From NCBI GenBank assembly GCA_051362555.1, contig CM120640.1, positions 30,585,967 to 30,649,966 of the forward strand: a DNA stretch of 64,000 bases, read 5' to 3'. The notes under the pieces are model-generated. The model saw only the letters and a list, made by a program, of their open reading frames with translations, was not told the DNA's origin and did not search any database. Position 1 is the first letter of the stretch, and the number at the start of each line of letters is the position of its first letter. Source of the stretch: Lingula anatina. Its lineage: Eukaryota; Animalia; Brachiopoda. Shown piece after piece: positions 12,876 to 29,100 of this stretch. Position numbers and translations under genes: made by a program.

Positions 12876-15800
12876 TGTCTGTATTGAATGAAAAGTGTTT
12901 TTTAGGACAATATATTTGGGAAAACCAAAAATTACATTGAAAAGACTGGGAATTCGCAGGACTTGAAATAGTTAAACGTTAATCATTTTGTCAAATCTAG
13001 TCCAATATTTATGAAATTTGTACAAATGATGCTTAACAACAATAAAAATCTGTGATAAGCTGATCAGTTGTCTGTGTCTAATGAAAAGTTTTTTTTTGGG
13101 ACAACATATTTGGGAAAACCAAAAATTACATTGAAAAGACAAGCAAAACCCAGACCTTAAAATAGTTAAACATTAATAATTTTGTCAAATCTTGTGGAAT
13201 ATTTCTGAAATTTGTACAAATGATGCTTAACAGGAATAAAAATCTGTGATAAGCTGATCAGTTGTCAGTTTCTTATGAAAAGTTTTTTAGGACAATATAT
13301 TTGCGAAAAACCAAAAATTACATTGAAAAGACTGGCAAATCCCAGGCCTCAAAATAGTTAAATGTTAATAATTTTGTCAAATCTAGTCCAATATTTCTGA
13401 AATTTGTACAAATAATGCTTAACAACAATAAAAGTCTGTGATAAGCTGATCAGCTGTCTGTGTGTAATGAAAAGTGTTTTTTGGGACAACATATTTGGGA
13501 AAACTGAAAATTACATTGAAAAGACTGGCAAAACCCAGACCTTAAAATAGTTAAACATTAATAATTTTGTCAAATCTTGTGGAATATTTCTGAAATTTGT
13601 ACAAATAATGCTTAACAACAATAAAAGTGTGTGATAAGCTGATCAGCTGTCTGTGTGTAATGAAAAGTGTTTTTTGGGACAACATATTTGGGAAAACTGA
13701 ATATTACATTGAAAAGACTGGGAATTCGCAGGACCTGAAATAGTTAAACGTTAATAATTTTGTCAAATCTTGTCCTATATTTCTGAAATTTGTACAAATG
13801 ATGCTTAACAACAATAGAAATCTGTGATAAGCTGATCAGTTGTCTGTATTGAATGAAAAGTGTTTTTTAGGACAATATATTTGCGAAAACCAAAAATTAC
13901 ATTGAAAATACTGGGAATTCGCAGGACTTGAAATAGTTAAACGTTAATAATTTTGTCAAATCTTGTCTTATATTTCTGAAATTTGTACAAATGATGCTTA
14001 ACAACAATAGAAATCTGTGATAAGCTGATCAAATGTCTGTATTGAATGAAAAGTGTTTTTTGGGACAACAAATTTGGGAAAACTGAAAATTACATTGAAA
14101 AGACTGGTAAATCCCAGGCCTTAAAATAGTTAAATGTTAATAATTTTGTCAAATTTTGTCTTATATTTCTGAAATTTGTACAAATGATGCTTAACAAAAA
14201 AAGAAATCTGAGAAAAGCTGATCAGTTGTTTGTATTGAATGAAAAGTGTTTTTTAGGACAATATATTTGTGAAAACCAAAAATTACATTGAAAAGACTGG
14301 CAAAACCCAGACCTCAAATAGTTAAACGTTAATAATTTTGTCAAATCTGGTGGAATATTTCTGAAATTTGTACAAATGATGCTTAACAATAATAAAAATC
14401 TGTGATAAGCTGATCAGTTATCTGAGTCTTTTCTTTTAAGTGTCAAGTGTATGGGAAATTGATCATCAGAAGAGTGAGAATTAACCAAAACAAATATTTC
14501 AATATTGCAATGTATTATTTACTCTGAAAGTAAACAGCAAATGTGATGATTTGAGGTTGTTTGTGTAAGAGGTTGCAAATTACCTATAACTGTCATCTGG
14601 AAAACAATATATACCCATACAAGAGTTCTCCTTACTACCTCTGCAAGATGCAGATTAGTCCTTTCTGGAAGGGGTTGTTGTTATCACAATACTCAACAAG
14701 GCCCTAAATCTTGCCAAATATCATGTATTGTACACATGGAGAAGACACAGTGCTACTCTTTGTGGTATCTTTCACTAACTGCTTTTTAAGCTTTTTCATG
14801 GTGAGGGTACTCTGAAACAAGAACAATATAACTGAAAGGACTGAAAATTACATTTGAAAAGAAAGACAAATTTGGTGACTTAATTAAAATAATTAAACGT
14901 GAATAATTTTGTCAAATCTGGTCCAATATTTCTGAAATTTGAACAAATGATGCTTAACAACTATAAAAATCAGTGATAAGCTGATCAGTTGTCTGTGTCT
15001 AATGAAAAGTGTTTTTTTGGACGACATATTTGGGAAAACTGAAAATTACATTGAAAAGACTGGCAAAACCCAGACCTTAAAATAGTTAAACATTAATAAT
15101 TTTGTCAAATCTTGTGGAATATTCCTGAAATTTGTACAAATGATGCTTAACAATAATAAAAATCTGTGATAAGCTGATCAGTTGTCTGTTTCTAATGAAA
15201 AGTTTTTTTTAGGACAATATATTTGCGAAAACCAAAAATTACATTGAAAATACTGGGAATTCGCAGGACTTGAAATAGTTAAACGTTAATAATTTTGTCA
15301 AATCTGGTTCGATATATCTGCAATTTGTACAAATGATGCTTGACAACAATAAAAATTAGTGATAAGCTGATCAGTTGTCTGTGACTAATGAAAAATGTTT
15401 TTTTGGACAACATATTTGGGAAAACTGAAAATTACATTGAAAAGACTGGGAAAACCCAGACCTTAAAATAGTTAAACATTAATAATTTTGTCAAATCTTG
15501 TGAAATATTTCTGAAATTTGTACAAATAATGCTTAACAACAATAAAAATCTGTGATAAGCTGATCAATTGTCTGTGTCTAATGAAAAGTGTTTTTTTGGA
15601 CAACATATTTGGGAAAACTGAAAATTACATGAAAAAGACTGGGAATTTGCAGGACTTGAAATAGTTAAACATTAATAATTTTGTCTAATCTAGTCCAATA
15701 TTTCTGAAATTTGTGCAAATGATGCTTAACTATAATTAAAATCTGTGAGAAGCTGATCAGTTGTCTGTGTGTAATGAAAAGTGTTTTTTGGGACAATATA

Positions 15801-18800
15801 TTTGCGAAAACCAAAAATTACATTGAAAAGACTGGGAATTCGCAGGACTTGAAATAGTTAAACGTTAATAATTTTGTCAAATCTGGTTCAATATATCTGA
15901 AATTTGTACAAATGATGCTTAACAACAATAAAAATCAGTGATAAGCTGATCAGTTGTCTGTATTGAATGAAAAGAGTTTTTTTGGACAACATATTTGGGA
16001 AAACTGAAAATTACATTGAAAAGACTGGGAAAACCCAGAGCTTAAAATAGTTAAACATTAATAATTTTGTCAAATCTTGTGGAAAATTTCTGAAATTTGT
16101 ACAAATAATGCTTAACAACAATAAAAATCTGTGATAAGCTGATCAGTTGTCTGTGTCTAATGAAAAGTGTTTTTTTGGACAACATATTTGGGAAAACTGA
16201 AAATTACATGAAAAAGACTGGGAATTGCAGGACTTGAAATAGTTAAACATTAATAATTTTGTCTAATCTAGTCCAATATTTCTGAAATTTGTACAAATGA
16301 TGCTTAACTATAATTAAAATCTGTGATAAGCTGATCAGTTGTTTGTGTGTAATGAAAAGTGTTTTTTGGGACAACAAATTTGGGAAAATGAAAATTACAT
16401 TGAAAAGACTGGCAAATCCCAGGCCTTAAAATAGTTAAACGTTAATAATTTTGTCAAATTTTGTCCTATGTTTCTGAAATTTGTACAAATGATGCTTAAC
16501 AACAATAGAAATCTGTGATAAGCTGATCAGTTGTCTGTATTGAATGAAAAGTGTTTTTTAGGACAATATATTTGGGAAAACCAAAAATTACATTGAAAAG
16601 ACTGGGAATTCGCAGGACTTGAAATAGTTAAACGTTAATCATTTTGTCAAATCTAGTCCAATATTTATGAAATTTGTACAAATGATGCTTAACAACAATA
16701 AAAATCTGTGATAAGCTGATCAGTTGTCTGTGTCTAATGAAAAGTTTTCTTTTTTTGGGACAACATATTTGGGAAAACTGAAAATTACATTGAAAAGACA
16801 AGCAAAACCCAGACCTTAAAATAGTTAAACATTAATAATTTTGTCAAATCTTGTGGAATATTTCTGAAATTTGTACAAATGATGCTTAACAGGAATAAAA
16901 ATCTGTGATAAGCTGATCAGTTGTCAGTTTCTTATGAAAAGTTTTTTAGGACAATATATTTGCGAAAAACCAAAAATTACATTAAAAAGACTGGCAAATC
17001 CCAGGCCTCAAAATAGTTAAATGTTAATAATTTTGTCAAATCTAGTCCAATATTTCTGAAATTTGTACAAATAATGCTTAACAACAATAAAAGTCTGTGA
17101 TAAGCTGATCAGCTGTCTGTGTGTAATGAAAAGTGTTTTTTGGGACAACATATTTGGGAAAACTGAATATTACATTGAAAAGACTGGGAATTCGCAGGAC
17201 TTGAAATAGTTAAACGTTAATAATTTTGTCTAATCTAGTCCAATATTTATGAAATTTGTACAAATGATGCTTAACAACAATAAAAATCTGTGAAAAGCTG
17301 ATCAATTGTCTGTGTCTAATGAAAACTGTTTTTTTGGGACAATATAGTTGGGAAAACTGAAAATCACACTGAAAAGACTAGCAAAACCCAGGCCTTAAAA
17401 TAGTTAAACGTTAATAATTTTGTCAAATCTTGTCCTATATTTCTGAAATTTGTACAAATGATGCTTAACAATAATAAAAATCTGTGATAAGCTGATCAGT
17501 TATCTGAGTCTTTTTCTTTAAGTGTCAAGTGTATGGGAAATTGATCATCAGAAGAGTGAGAATTAACCAAAACAAATATCTCAATATTGCAATGTATTAT
17601 TTTCTCTGAAAGTAAACAGCAAATGTGATGATTTGAGGTTGTTTGTGTAAGAGGTTGCAAATTACCTATAACTGTCATCTGGAAAACAATATATACCCAT
17701 ACAAGAGTTCTCCCTACTACCTCTGCAAGATGCAGATTACTTCTTTCTGGAAGGGGTTGTTGTTATCACAACACTCAACAAGTAAATCTTGCTAAATATC
17801 ATGTATTGTACACATGGAGAAGACACAGTGCTGCTCTTAGTGGTATCTTTAACTGCCTGCTTTTTCAGCATTTTCATGGTGAGGGTACTCTGAAACAAGA
17901 ACAATATAACTGAAAGGACTGAAAATTACATTTCAAAAGAATGACAAATTCGGTGACTTAATTAAAATAGTTAAACGTTAACAATTTTGTCAAATCTAGT
18001 CCAATATTTCTGAAATTTGTACAAATGATGCTTAACAACAATTAAAATCTGTGATAAGCTGATCAATTGTCTGTGATTAATGAGAGTGTTTTTTGGGACA
18101 ACAGAGTTGGGAAAACTGAAAATTACATTGAAAAGACTGGCAAATCCCAGGCCTTAAAATAGTTAAACATTAATAATTTTGTCAAATCTTGTCCAATATT
18201 TCTGAAATTTGTACAAATGATCCTTAACTATAATTAAAATCTGTGATAAGCTGATCAGTTGTCTGTGTGTAATGAAAAGTGTTTTTTGGGACAACATATT
18301 TGGGAAAACCAAAAATTACATTGAAAAGACTGAGAATTTGCGGGACTTGAAATAGTTAAACGTTAATAATTTTGTCTAATCTAGTTCAATATTTCTGAAA
18401 TTTGTACAAATGATGCTTAACAACAATAAAAATCTGTGAAAAGCTGATCAGTTGTCTGTATTGAATGAAAAGTGTTTTTTAGGACAACATAGTTGGGAAA
18501 ACTGAAAATTACATTGAAAAGACTGGGAATTCGCAGGACTTGAAATAGTTAAACGGTAATAATTTTGTCTAATCTAGTCCAATATTTATGAAGTTTGTAC
18601 AAATGATGCTTAACAACAATAGAAATCTGTGATAAGCTCATCAGTTGTCTGTGTCTAATGAAAAGTGTTTTTTGGGACAACATATTTGGGAAAACTGAAA
18701 ATTACATTGAAAAGACTGGCAAAACCCAGACCTTAAAATAGTTGAACGTTTATAATTTTGTCAAATCTTGTCCTATATTTCTGAAATTTGTACAAATGAT

Positions 18801-21800
18801 GCTTAACAATAATAAAAATCTGTGATAAGCTGATCAGTTGTCTGTATTGAATGAAAAGTGTTTTTTAGGACAATATATTTGGGAAAACCAAAAATTACAT
18901 TGAAAAGACTGGGAATTCGCAGGACTTGAAATAGTTAAACGTTAATCATTTTGTCAAATCTAGTCCAATATTTATGAAATTTGTACAAATGATGCTTAAC
19001 AACAATAAAAATCTGTGATAAGCTGATCAGTTGTCTGTGTCTAATGAAAAGTTTTTTTTTGGGACAACATATTTGGGAAAACTGAAAATTACATTGAAAA
19101 GACAAGCAAAACCCAGACCTTAAAATAGTTAAACATTAATAATTTTGTCAAATCTTGTGGAATATTTCTGAAATTTGTACAAATGATGCTGAACAGGAAT
19201 AAAAATCTGTGATAAGCTGATCAGTTGTCAGTTTCTTATGAAAAGTTTTTTAGGACAATATATTTGCGAAAAACCAAAAATTACATTGAAAAGACTGGCA
19301 AATCCCAGGCCTCAAAATAGTTAAATGTTAATAATTTTGTCAAATCTAGTCCAATATTTCTGAAATTTGTACAAATAATGCTTAACAACAATAAAAGTCT
19401 GTGATAAGCTGATCAGCTGTCTGTGTGTAATGAAAAGTGTTTTTTGGGACAACATATGTGGGAAAACTGAAAATTACATTGAAAAGACTGGCAAAACCCA
19501 GACCTTAAAATAGTTAAACATTAATAATTTTGTCAAATCTTGTGGAATATTTCTGAAATTTGTACAAATAATGCTTAACAACAATAAAAGTGTGTGATAA
19601 GCTGATCAGCTGTCTGTGTGTAATGAAAAGTGTTTTTTGGGACAACATATTTGGGAAAACTGAATATTACATTGAAAAGACTGGGAATTCGCAGGACCTG
19701 AAATAGTTAAACGTTAATAATTTTGTCAAATCTTGTCCTATATTTCTGAAATTTGTACAAATGATGCTTAACAACAATAGAAATCTGTGATAAGCTGATC
19801 AGTTGTCTGTATTGAATGAAAAGTGTTTTTTAGGACAATATATTTGCGAAAACCAAAAATTACATTGAAAATACTGGGAATTCGCAGGACTTGAAATAGT
19901 TAAACGTTAATAATTTTGTCAAATCTTGTCTTATATTTCTGAAATTTGTACAAATGATGCTTAACAACAATAGAAATCTGTGATAAGCTGATCAAATGTC
20001 TGTATTGAATGAAAAGTGTTTTTTGGGACAACAAATTTGGGAAAACTGAAAATTACATTGAAAAGACTGGTAAATCCCAGGCCTTAAAATAGTTAAATGT
20101 TAATAATTTTGTCAAATTTTGTCTTATATTTCTGAAATTTGTACAAATGATGCTTAACAAAAAAAGAAATCTGAGAAAAGCTGATCAGTTGTTTGTATTG
20201 AATGAAAAGTGTTTTTTAGGACAATATATTTGTGAAAACCAAAAATTACATTGAAAAGACTGGCAAAACCCAGACCTCAAATAGTTAAACGTTAATAATT
20301 TTGTCAAATCTGGTGGAATATTTCTGAAATTTGTACAAATGATGCTTAACAATAATAAAAATCTGTGATAAGCTGATCAGTTATCTGAGTCTTTTCTTTT
20401 AAGTGTCAAGTGTATGGGAAATTGATCATCAGAAGAGTGAGAATTAACCAAAACAAATATTTCAATATTGCAATGTATTATTTACTCTGAAAGTAAACAG
20501 CAAATGTGATGATTTGAGGTTGTTTGTGTAAGAGGTTGCAAATTACCTATAACTGTCATCTGGAAAACAATATATACCCATACAAGAGTTCTCCTTACTA
20601 CCTCTGCAAGATGCAGATTAGTCCTTTCTGGAAGGGGTTGTTGTTATCACAATACTCAACAAGGCCCTAAATCTTGCCAAATATCATGTATTGTACACAT
20701 GGAGAAGACACAGTGCTACTCTTTGTGGTATCTTTCACTAACTGCTTTTTAAGCTTTTTCATGGTGAGGGTACTCTGAAACAAGAACAATATAACTGAAA
20801 GGACTGAAAATTACATTTGAAAAGAAAGACAAATTTGGTGACTTAATTAAAATAATTAAACGTGAATAATTTTGTCAAATCTGGTCCAATATTTCTGAAA
20901 TTTGAACAAATGATGCTTAACAACTATAAAAATCAGTGATAAGCTGATCAGTTGTCTGTGTCTAATGAAAAGTGTTTTTTTGGACGACATATTTGGGAAA
21001 ACTGAAAATTACATTGAAAAGACTGGCAAAACCCAGACCTTAAAATAGTTAAACATTAATAATTTTGTCAAATCTTGTGGAATATTCCTGAAATTTGTAC
21101 AAATGATGCTTAACAATAATAAAAATCTGTGATAAGCTGATCAGTTGTCTGTTTCTAATGAAAAGTTTTTTTTAGGACAATATATTTGCGAAAACCAAAA
21201 ATTACATTGAAAATACTGGGAATTCGCAGGACTTGAAATAGTTAAACGTTAATAATTTTGTCAAATCTGGTTCAATATATCTGCAATTTGTACAAATGAT
21301 GCTTGACAACAATAAAAATTAGTGATAAGCTGATCAGTTGTCTGTGACTAATGAAAAATGTTTTTTTGGACAACATATTTGGGAAAACTGAAAATTACAT
21401 TGAAAAGACTGGGAAAACCCAGACCTTAAAATAGTTAAACATTAATAATTTTGTCAAATCTTGTGAAATATTTCTGAAATTTGTACAAATAATGCTTAAC
21501 AACAATAAAAATCTGTGATAAGCTGATCAATTGTCTGTGTCTAATGAAAAGTGTTTTTTTGGACAACATATTTGGGAAAACTGAAAATTACATGAAAAAG
21601 ACTGGGAATTTGCAGGACTTGAAATAGTTAAACATTAATAATTTTGTCTAATCTAGTCCAATATTTCTGAAATTTTTGCAAATGATGCTTAACTATAATT
21701 AAAATCTGTGAGAAGCTGATCAGTTGTCTGTGTGTAATGAAAAGTGTTTTTTGGGACAATATATTTGCGAAAACCAAAAATTACATTGAAAAGACTGGGA

Positions 21801-23193
21801 ATTCGCAGGACTTGAAATAGTTAAACGTTAATAATTTTGTCAAATCTGGTTCAATATATCTGAAATTTGTACAAATGATGCTTAACAACAATAAAAATCA
21901 GTGATAAGCTGATCAGTTGTCTGTATTGAATGAAAAGAGTTTTTTTGGACAACATATTTGGGAAAACTGAAAATTACATTGAAAAGACTGGGAAAACCCA
22001 GAGCTTAAAATAGTTAAACATTAATAATTTTGTCAAATCTTGTGGAAAATTTCTGAAATTTGTACAAATAATGCTTAACAACAATAAAAATCTGTGATAA
22101 GCTGATCAGTTGTCTGTGTCTAATGAAAAGTGTTTTTTTGGACAACATATTTGGGAAAACTGAAAATTACATGAAAAAGACTGGGAATTGCAGGACTTGA
22201 AATAGTTAAACATTAATAATTTTGTCTAATCTAGTCCAATATTTCTGAAATTTGTACAAATGATGCTTAACTATAATTAAAATCTGTGATAAGCTGATCA
22301 GTTGTTTGTGTGTAATGAAAAGTGTTTTTTGGGACAACAAATTTGGGAAAACTGAAAATTACATTGAAAAGACTGGCAAATCCCAGGCCTTAAAATAGTT
22401 AAACGTTAATAATTTTGTCAAATTTTGTCCTATGTTTCTGAAATTTGTACAAATGATGCTTAACAACAATAGAAATCTGTGATAAGCTGATCAGTTGTCT
22501 GTATTGAATGAAAAGTGTTTTTTAGGACAATATATTTGGGAAAACCAAAAATTACATTGAAAAGACTGGGAATTCGCAGGACTTGAAATAGTTAAACGTT
22601 AATCATTTTGTCAAATCTAGTCCAATATTTATGAAATTTGTACAAATGATGCTTAACAACAATAAAAATCTGTGATAAGCTGATCAGTTGTCTGTGTCTA
22701 ATGAAAAGTTTTCTTTTTTTGGGACAACATATTTGGGAAAACTGAAAATTACATTGAAAAGACAAGCAAAACCCAGACCTTAAAATAGTTAAACATTAAT
22801 AATTTTGTCAAATCTTGTGGAATATTTCTGAAATTTGTACAAATGATGCTTAACAGGAATAAAAATCTGTGATAAGCTGATCAGTTGTCAGTTTCTTATG
22901 AAAAGTTTTTTAGGACAATATATTTGCGAAAAACCAAAAATTACATTAAAAAGACTGGCAAATCCCAGGCCTCAAAATAGTTAAATGTTAATAATTTTGT
23001 CAAATCTAGTCCAATATTTCTGAAATTTGTACAAATAATGCTTAACAACAATAAAAGTCTGTGATAAGCTGATCAGCTGTCTGTGTGTAATGAAAAGTGT
23101 TTTTTGGGACAACATATTTGGGAAAACTGAATATTACATTGAAAAGACTGGGAATTCGCAGGACTTGAAATAGTTAAACGTTAATAATTTTGT
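11265..23193. repeat. Tandem duplication of a 5963-bp block within the array
   Basis: Offsets 11533->17496 and 14418->20381 both equal 5963. Rare variants (gaagtttgtac, aagctcatcag, gttgaacgtttat, aacgtgaataat, ggacgacat, ggaattgcagg) recur at that offset. Confidence 0.9.
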
Positions 23194-26100
23194 CAAATCT
23201 GGTCCAATATTTCTGAAATTTGTACAAATGATGCTTAACAACAATAAAAATCTGTGATATGCTAAGCAGTTGTCTGTGTGTAATGAAAAGTGTTTTTTGG
23301 GACAACAAATTTGGGAAAACTGAAAATTACATTGAAAAGACTGGTAAATCCCAGGCCTTAAAATAGTTAAACGTTAATAATTTTGTCAAATTTTGTCCTA
23401 TATTTCTGAAATTTGTACAAATGATGCTTAACAACAATAAAAATCTGAGAAAAGCTGATCAGTTGTCTGTGTCTAATGAAAAGTGTTTTTTAGGACAATA
23501 TATTTGTGAAAACCAAAAATTACATTGAAAAGACTGGCAAAACCCAGACCTCAAATAGTTAAACGTTAATAATTTTGTCAAATCTGGTGGAATATTTCTG
23601 AAATTTGTACAAATGATGCTTAACAATAATAAAAATCTGTAATAAGCTGATCAGTTATCTGAGTCTTTTCTTTTAAGTGTCAAGTGTATGGGAAATTGAT
23701 CATCAGAAGAGTGAGAATTAACCAAAACAAATATTTCAATATTGCAATGTATTATTTACTCTGAAAATAAACAGCAAATGTGATGATTTGAGGTTGTTTG
23801 TGTAAGAGGTTGCAAATTACCTATAACTGTCATCTGGAAAACAATATATACCATACAAGAGTTCTCCTTACTACCTCTGCAAGATGCAGATTAGTCCTTT
23901 CTGGAAGGGGTTGTTGTTATCACAATACTCAACAAGGCCCTAAATCTTGCCAAATATCATGTATTGTACACATGGAGAAGACACAGTGCTACTCTTTGTG
24001 GTATCTTTCACTAACTGCTTTTTAAGCTTTTTCATGGTGAGGGTACTCTGAAACAAGAACAATATAACTGAAAGGACTGAAAATTACATTTGAAAAGAAA
24101 GACAAATTTGGTGACTTAATTAAAATAATTAAACGTTAATAATTTTGTCAAATCTGGACCAATATTTCTGAAATTTGAACAAATGATGCTTAACAACAAT
24201 AAAAATCAGTGATAAGCTGATCAGTTGTCTGTGTCTAATGAAAAGTGTTTTTTTGGACAACATATTTGGGAAAACTGAAAATTACATTGAAAAGACTGGC
24301 AAAACCCAGACCTTAAAATAGTTAAACATTAATAATTTTGTCAAATCTTGTGGAATATTTCTGAAATTTGTACAAATAATGCTTAACAACAATAAAAGTG
24401 TGTGATAAGCTGATCAGCTGTCTGTGTGTAATGAAAAGTGTTTTTTGGGACAACATATTTGGGAAAACTGAATATTACATTGAAAAGACTGGGAATTCGC
24501 AGGACTTGAAATAGTTAAACGTTAATAATTTTGTCAAATCTTGTCCTATATTTCTGAAATTTGTACAAATGATGCTTAACAACAATACAAATCTGTGATA
24601 AGCTGATCAGTTGTCTGTATTGAATGAAAAGTGTTTTTTAGGACAATATATTTGCGAAAACCAAAAATTACATTGAAAAGACTGGGAATTCGCAGGACTT
24701 GAAATAGTTAAACGTTAATAATTTTGTCAAATCTGGTCCAATATTTCTGAAATTTGTACAAATGATGCTTAACAACAATAAAAATCTGTGATATGCTAAG
24801 CAGTTGTCTGTGTGTAATGAAAAGTGTTTTTTGGGACAACAAATTTGGGAAAACTGAAAATTACATTGAAAAGACTGGTAAATCCCAGGCCTTAAAATAG
24901 TTAAACGTTAATAATTTTGTCAAATTTTGTCCTATATTTCTGAAATTTGTACAAATGATGCTTAACAAAAATAGAAATCTGAGAAAAGCTGATCAGTTGT
25001 TTGTATTGAATGAAAAGTGTTTTTTGGGACAATAAATTTGTGAAAACCAAAAATTACATTGAAAAGACTGGCAAAACCCAGACCTCAAATAGTTAAACGT
25101 TAATAATTTTGTCAAATCTGGTGGAATATTTCTGAAATTTGTACAAATGATGCTTAACAATAATAAAAATCTGTGATTAGCTGATCAGTTATCTGAGTCT
25201 TTTTTTAAGTGTCAAGTGTATGGGAAATTGATCATCAGAAGAGTGAGAATTAACCAAAACAAATATTTCAATATTGCAATGTATTATTTACTCTGAAAGT
25301 AAACAGCAAATGTGATGATTTGAGGTTTTTTGTGTAAGAGGTTGCAAATTACCTATAACTATCATCTGGAAAACAATATATACCCATACAAGAGTTCTCC
25401 TTACTACCTCTGCAAGATGCAGATTAGTCCTTTCTGGAAGGGGTTGTTGTTATCACAATACTCAACAAGGCCCTAAATCTTGCCAAATATCATGTATTGT
25501 ACACATGGAGAAGACACAGTGCTACTCTTGGTGGTATCTTTCACTAACTGCTTTTTAAGCTTTTTCATGGTGAGGGTACTCTGAAACAAGAACAATATAA
25601 CTGAAAGGACTGAAAATTACATTTCAAAAGAAAGACAAATTTGGTGACTTAATTAAAATAATTAAACGTTAATAATTTTGTCAAATCTGGTCCAATATTT
25701 CTGAAATTTGAACAAATGATGCTAAACAACTATAAAAATCAGTGATAAGCTGATCAGTTGTCTGTGTCTAATGAAAAGTGCTTTTTTGGACAACATATTT
25801 GGGAAAATGAAAATTACATTGATAAGACTGGCAAAACCCAGACCTTAAAATAGTTAAACATTAATAATTTTGTCAAATCTTGTGGAATATTCCTGAAATT
25901 TGTACAAATGATGCTTAACAATAATAAAAATCTGTGATAAGCTGATCAGTTGTCTGTTTCTAATGAAAAGTTTTTTTAGGACAATATATTTGCGAAAACC
26001 AAAAATTACATTGAAAATACTGGGAATTCGCAGGACTTGAAATAGTTAAACGTTAATAATTTTGTCAAATCTTGTCTTATATTTCTGAAATTTGTACAAA

Positions 26101-29100
26101 TGATGCTTAACAACAATAGAAATCTGTGATAAGCTGATCAAATGTCTGTATTGAATGAAAAGTGTTTTTTGGGACAACAAATTTGGGAAAACTGAAAATT
26201 ACATTGAAAAGACTGGTAAATCCCAGGCCTTAAAATAGTTAAACGTTAATAATTTTGTCAAATTTTGTCCTATATTTCTGAAATTTGTACAAATGATGCT
26301 TAACAACAATAAAAATCTGTGATAAGCTGATCAATTGTCTGTGTCTAATGAAAAGTGTTTTTTTGGACAACATATTTGGGAAAACTGAAAATTACATGAA
26401 AAAGACTGGGAATTTGCAGGACTTGAAATAGTTAAACATTAATAATTTTGTCTAATCTAGTCCAATATTTCTGAAATTTGTGCAAATGATGCTTAACTAT
26501 AATTAAAATCTGTGAGAAGCCGATCAGTTGTCTGTGTGTAATGAAAAGTGTTTTTTGGGACAATATATTTGCGAAAACCAAAAATTACATTGAAAAGACT
26601 GGGAATTCGCAGGACTTGAAATAGTTAAACGTTAATAATTTTGTCAAATCTGGTTCAATATATCTGAAATTTGTACAAATGATGCTTAACAACAATAAAA
26701 ATCAGTGATAAGCTGATCAGTTGTCTGTATTGAATGAAAAGAGTTTTTTTGGACAACATATTTGGGAAAACTGAAAATTACATTGAAAAGACTGGGAAAA
26801 CCCAGAGCTTAAAATAGTTAAACATTAATAATTTTGTCAAATCTTGTGGAATATTTCTGAAATTTGTACAAATGATGCTTAACAGGAATAAAAATCTGTG
26901 ATAAGCTGATCAGTTGTCAGTTTCTTATGAAAAGTTTTTTAGGACAATATATTTGCGAAAAACCAAAAATTACATTGAAAAGACTGGCAAATCCCAGGCC
27001 TCAAAATAGTTAAATGTTAATAATTTTGTCAAATCTAGTCCAATATTTCTGAAATTTGTACAAATAATGCTTAACTACAATAAAAGTCTGTGATAAGCTG
27101 ATCAGCTGTCTGTGTGTAATGAAAAGTGTTTTTTGGGACAACATATTTGGGAAAACTGAATATTACATTGAAAAGACTGGGAATTCGCAGGACTTGAAAT
27201 AGTTAAACGTTAATAATTTTGTCAAATCTGGTCCAATATTTCTGAAATTTGTACAAATGATGCTTAACAACAATAAAAATCTGTGATATGCTAAGCAGTT
27301 GTCTGTGTGTAATGAAAAGTGTTTTTTGGGACAACAAATTTGGGAAAACTGAAAATTACATTGAAAAGACTGGTAAATCCCAGGCCTTAAAATAGTTAAA
27401 CGTTAATAATTTTGTCAAATTTTGTCCTATATTTCTGAAATTTGTACAAATGATGCTTAACAACAATAAAAATCTGAGAAAAGCTGATCAGTTGTATGTG
27501 TCTAATGAAAAGTGTTTTTTAGGACAATATATTTGTGAAAACCAAAAATTACATTGAAAAGACTGGCAAAACCCAGACCTCAAATAGTTAAACGTTAATA
27601 ATTTTGTCAAATCTGGTGGAATATTTCTGAAATTTGTACAAATGATGCTTAACAATAATAAAAATCTGTGATAAGCTGATCAGTTATCTGAGTCTTTTCT
27701 TTTAAGTGTCAAGTGTATGGGAAATTGATCATCAGAAGAGTGAGAATTAACCAAAACAAATATTTCAATATTGCAATGTATTATTTACTCTGAAAGTAAA
27801 CAGCAAATGTGATGATTTGAGGTTGTTTGTGTAAGAGGTTGCAAATTACCTATAACTGTCATCTGGAAAACAATATATACCATACAAGAGTTCTCCTTAC
27901 TACCTCTGCAAGATGCAGATTAGTCCTTTCTGGAAGGGGTTGTTGTTATCACAATACTCAACAAGGCCCTAAATCTTGCCAAATATCATGTATTGTACAC
28001 ATGGAGAAGACACAGTGCTACTCTTTGTAGTATCTTTCACTAACTGCTTTTTAAGCTTTTTCATGGTGAGGGTACTCTGAAACAAGAACAATATAACTGA
28101 AAGGACTGAAAATTACATTTGAAAAGAAAGACAAATTTGGTGACTTAATTAAAATAATTAAACGTTAATAATTTTGTCAAATCTGGACCAATATTTCTGA
28201 AATTTGAACAAATGATGCTTAACAACAATAAAAATCAGTGATAAGCTGATCAGTCGTCTGTGTCTAATGAAAAGTGTTTTTTTGGACAACATATTTGTGA
28301 AAACCAAAAATTACATTGAAAAGACTGGCAAAACCCAGACCTTAAAATAGTTAAACATTAATAATTTTGTCAAATCTTGTGGAATATTTCTGAAATTTGT
28401 ACAAATGATGCTTAACAATAATAAAAATCTGTGATAAGCTGATCAGTTGTCTGTTTCTAATGAAAAGTTTTTTTAGGACAATATATTTGCGAAAACCAAA
28501 AATTACATTGAAAAGACTGGGAATTCGCAGGACTTGAAATAGTTAAACGTTAATCATTTTGTCAAATCTAGTCCAATATTTATGAAATTTGTACAAATGA
28601 TGCTTAACAACAATAAAAATCTGTGATAAGCTGATCAGTTGTCTGTGTCTAATGAAAAGTGTTTTTTGGGACAACATATTTGGGAAAACTGAAAATTACA
28701 TTGAAAAGACTGGGAAAACCCAGACCTTAAAATAGTTAAACGTTAATAATTTTGTCAAATCTTGTGGAATATTTCTGAAATTTGTACAAATGATGCTTAA
28801 CAACAATAAAAATCTGTGATAAGCTGATCAGTTGTCTGTATTGAATGAAAAGTGTTTTTTGGGACAACATATTTGGGAAAACTGAAAATTACATTGAAAA
28901 GACTGGCAAAACCCAGACCTCAAAATAGTTAAACGTTAATAATTTTGTCAAATCTGGTGGAATATTTCTGAAATTTGTACAAATGATGCTTAACAATAAT
29001 AAAAATCTGTGATAAGCTGATCAGTTATCTGAGTCTTTTCTTTTAAGTGTCAAGTGTATGGGAAATTGATCATCAGAAGAGTGAGAATTAACCAAAACAA

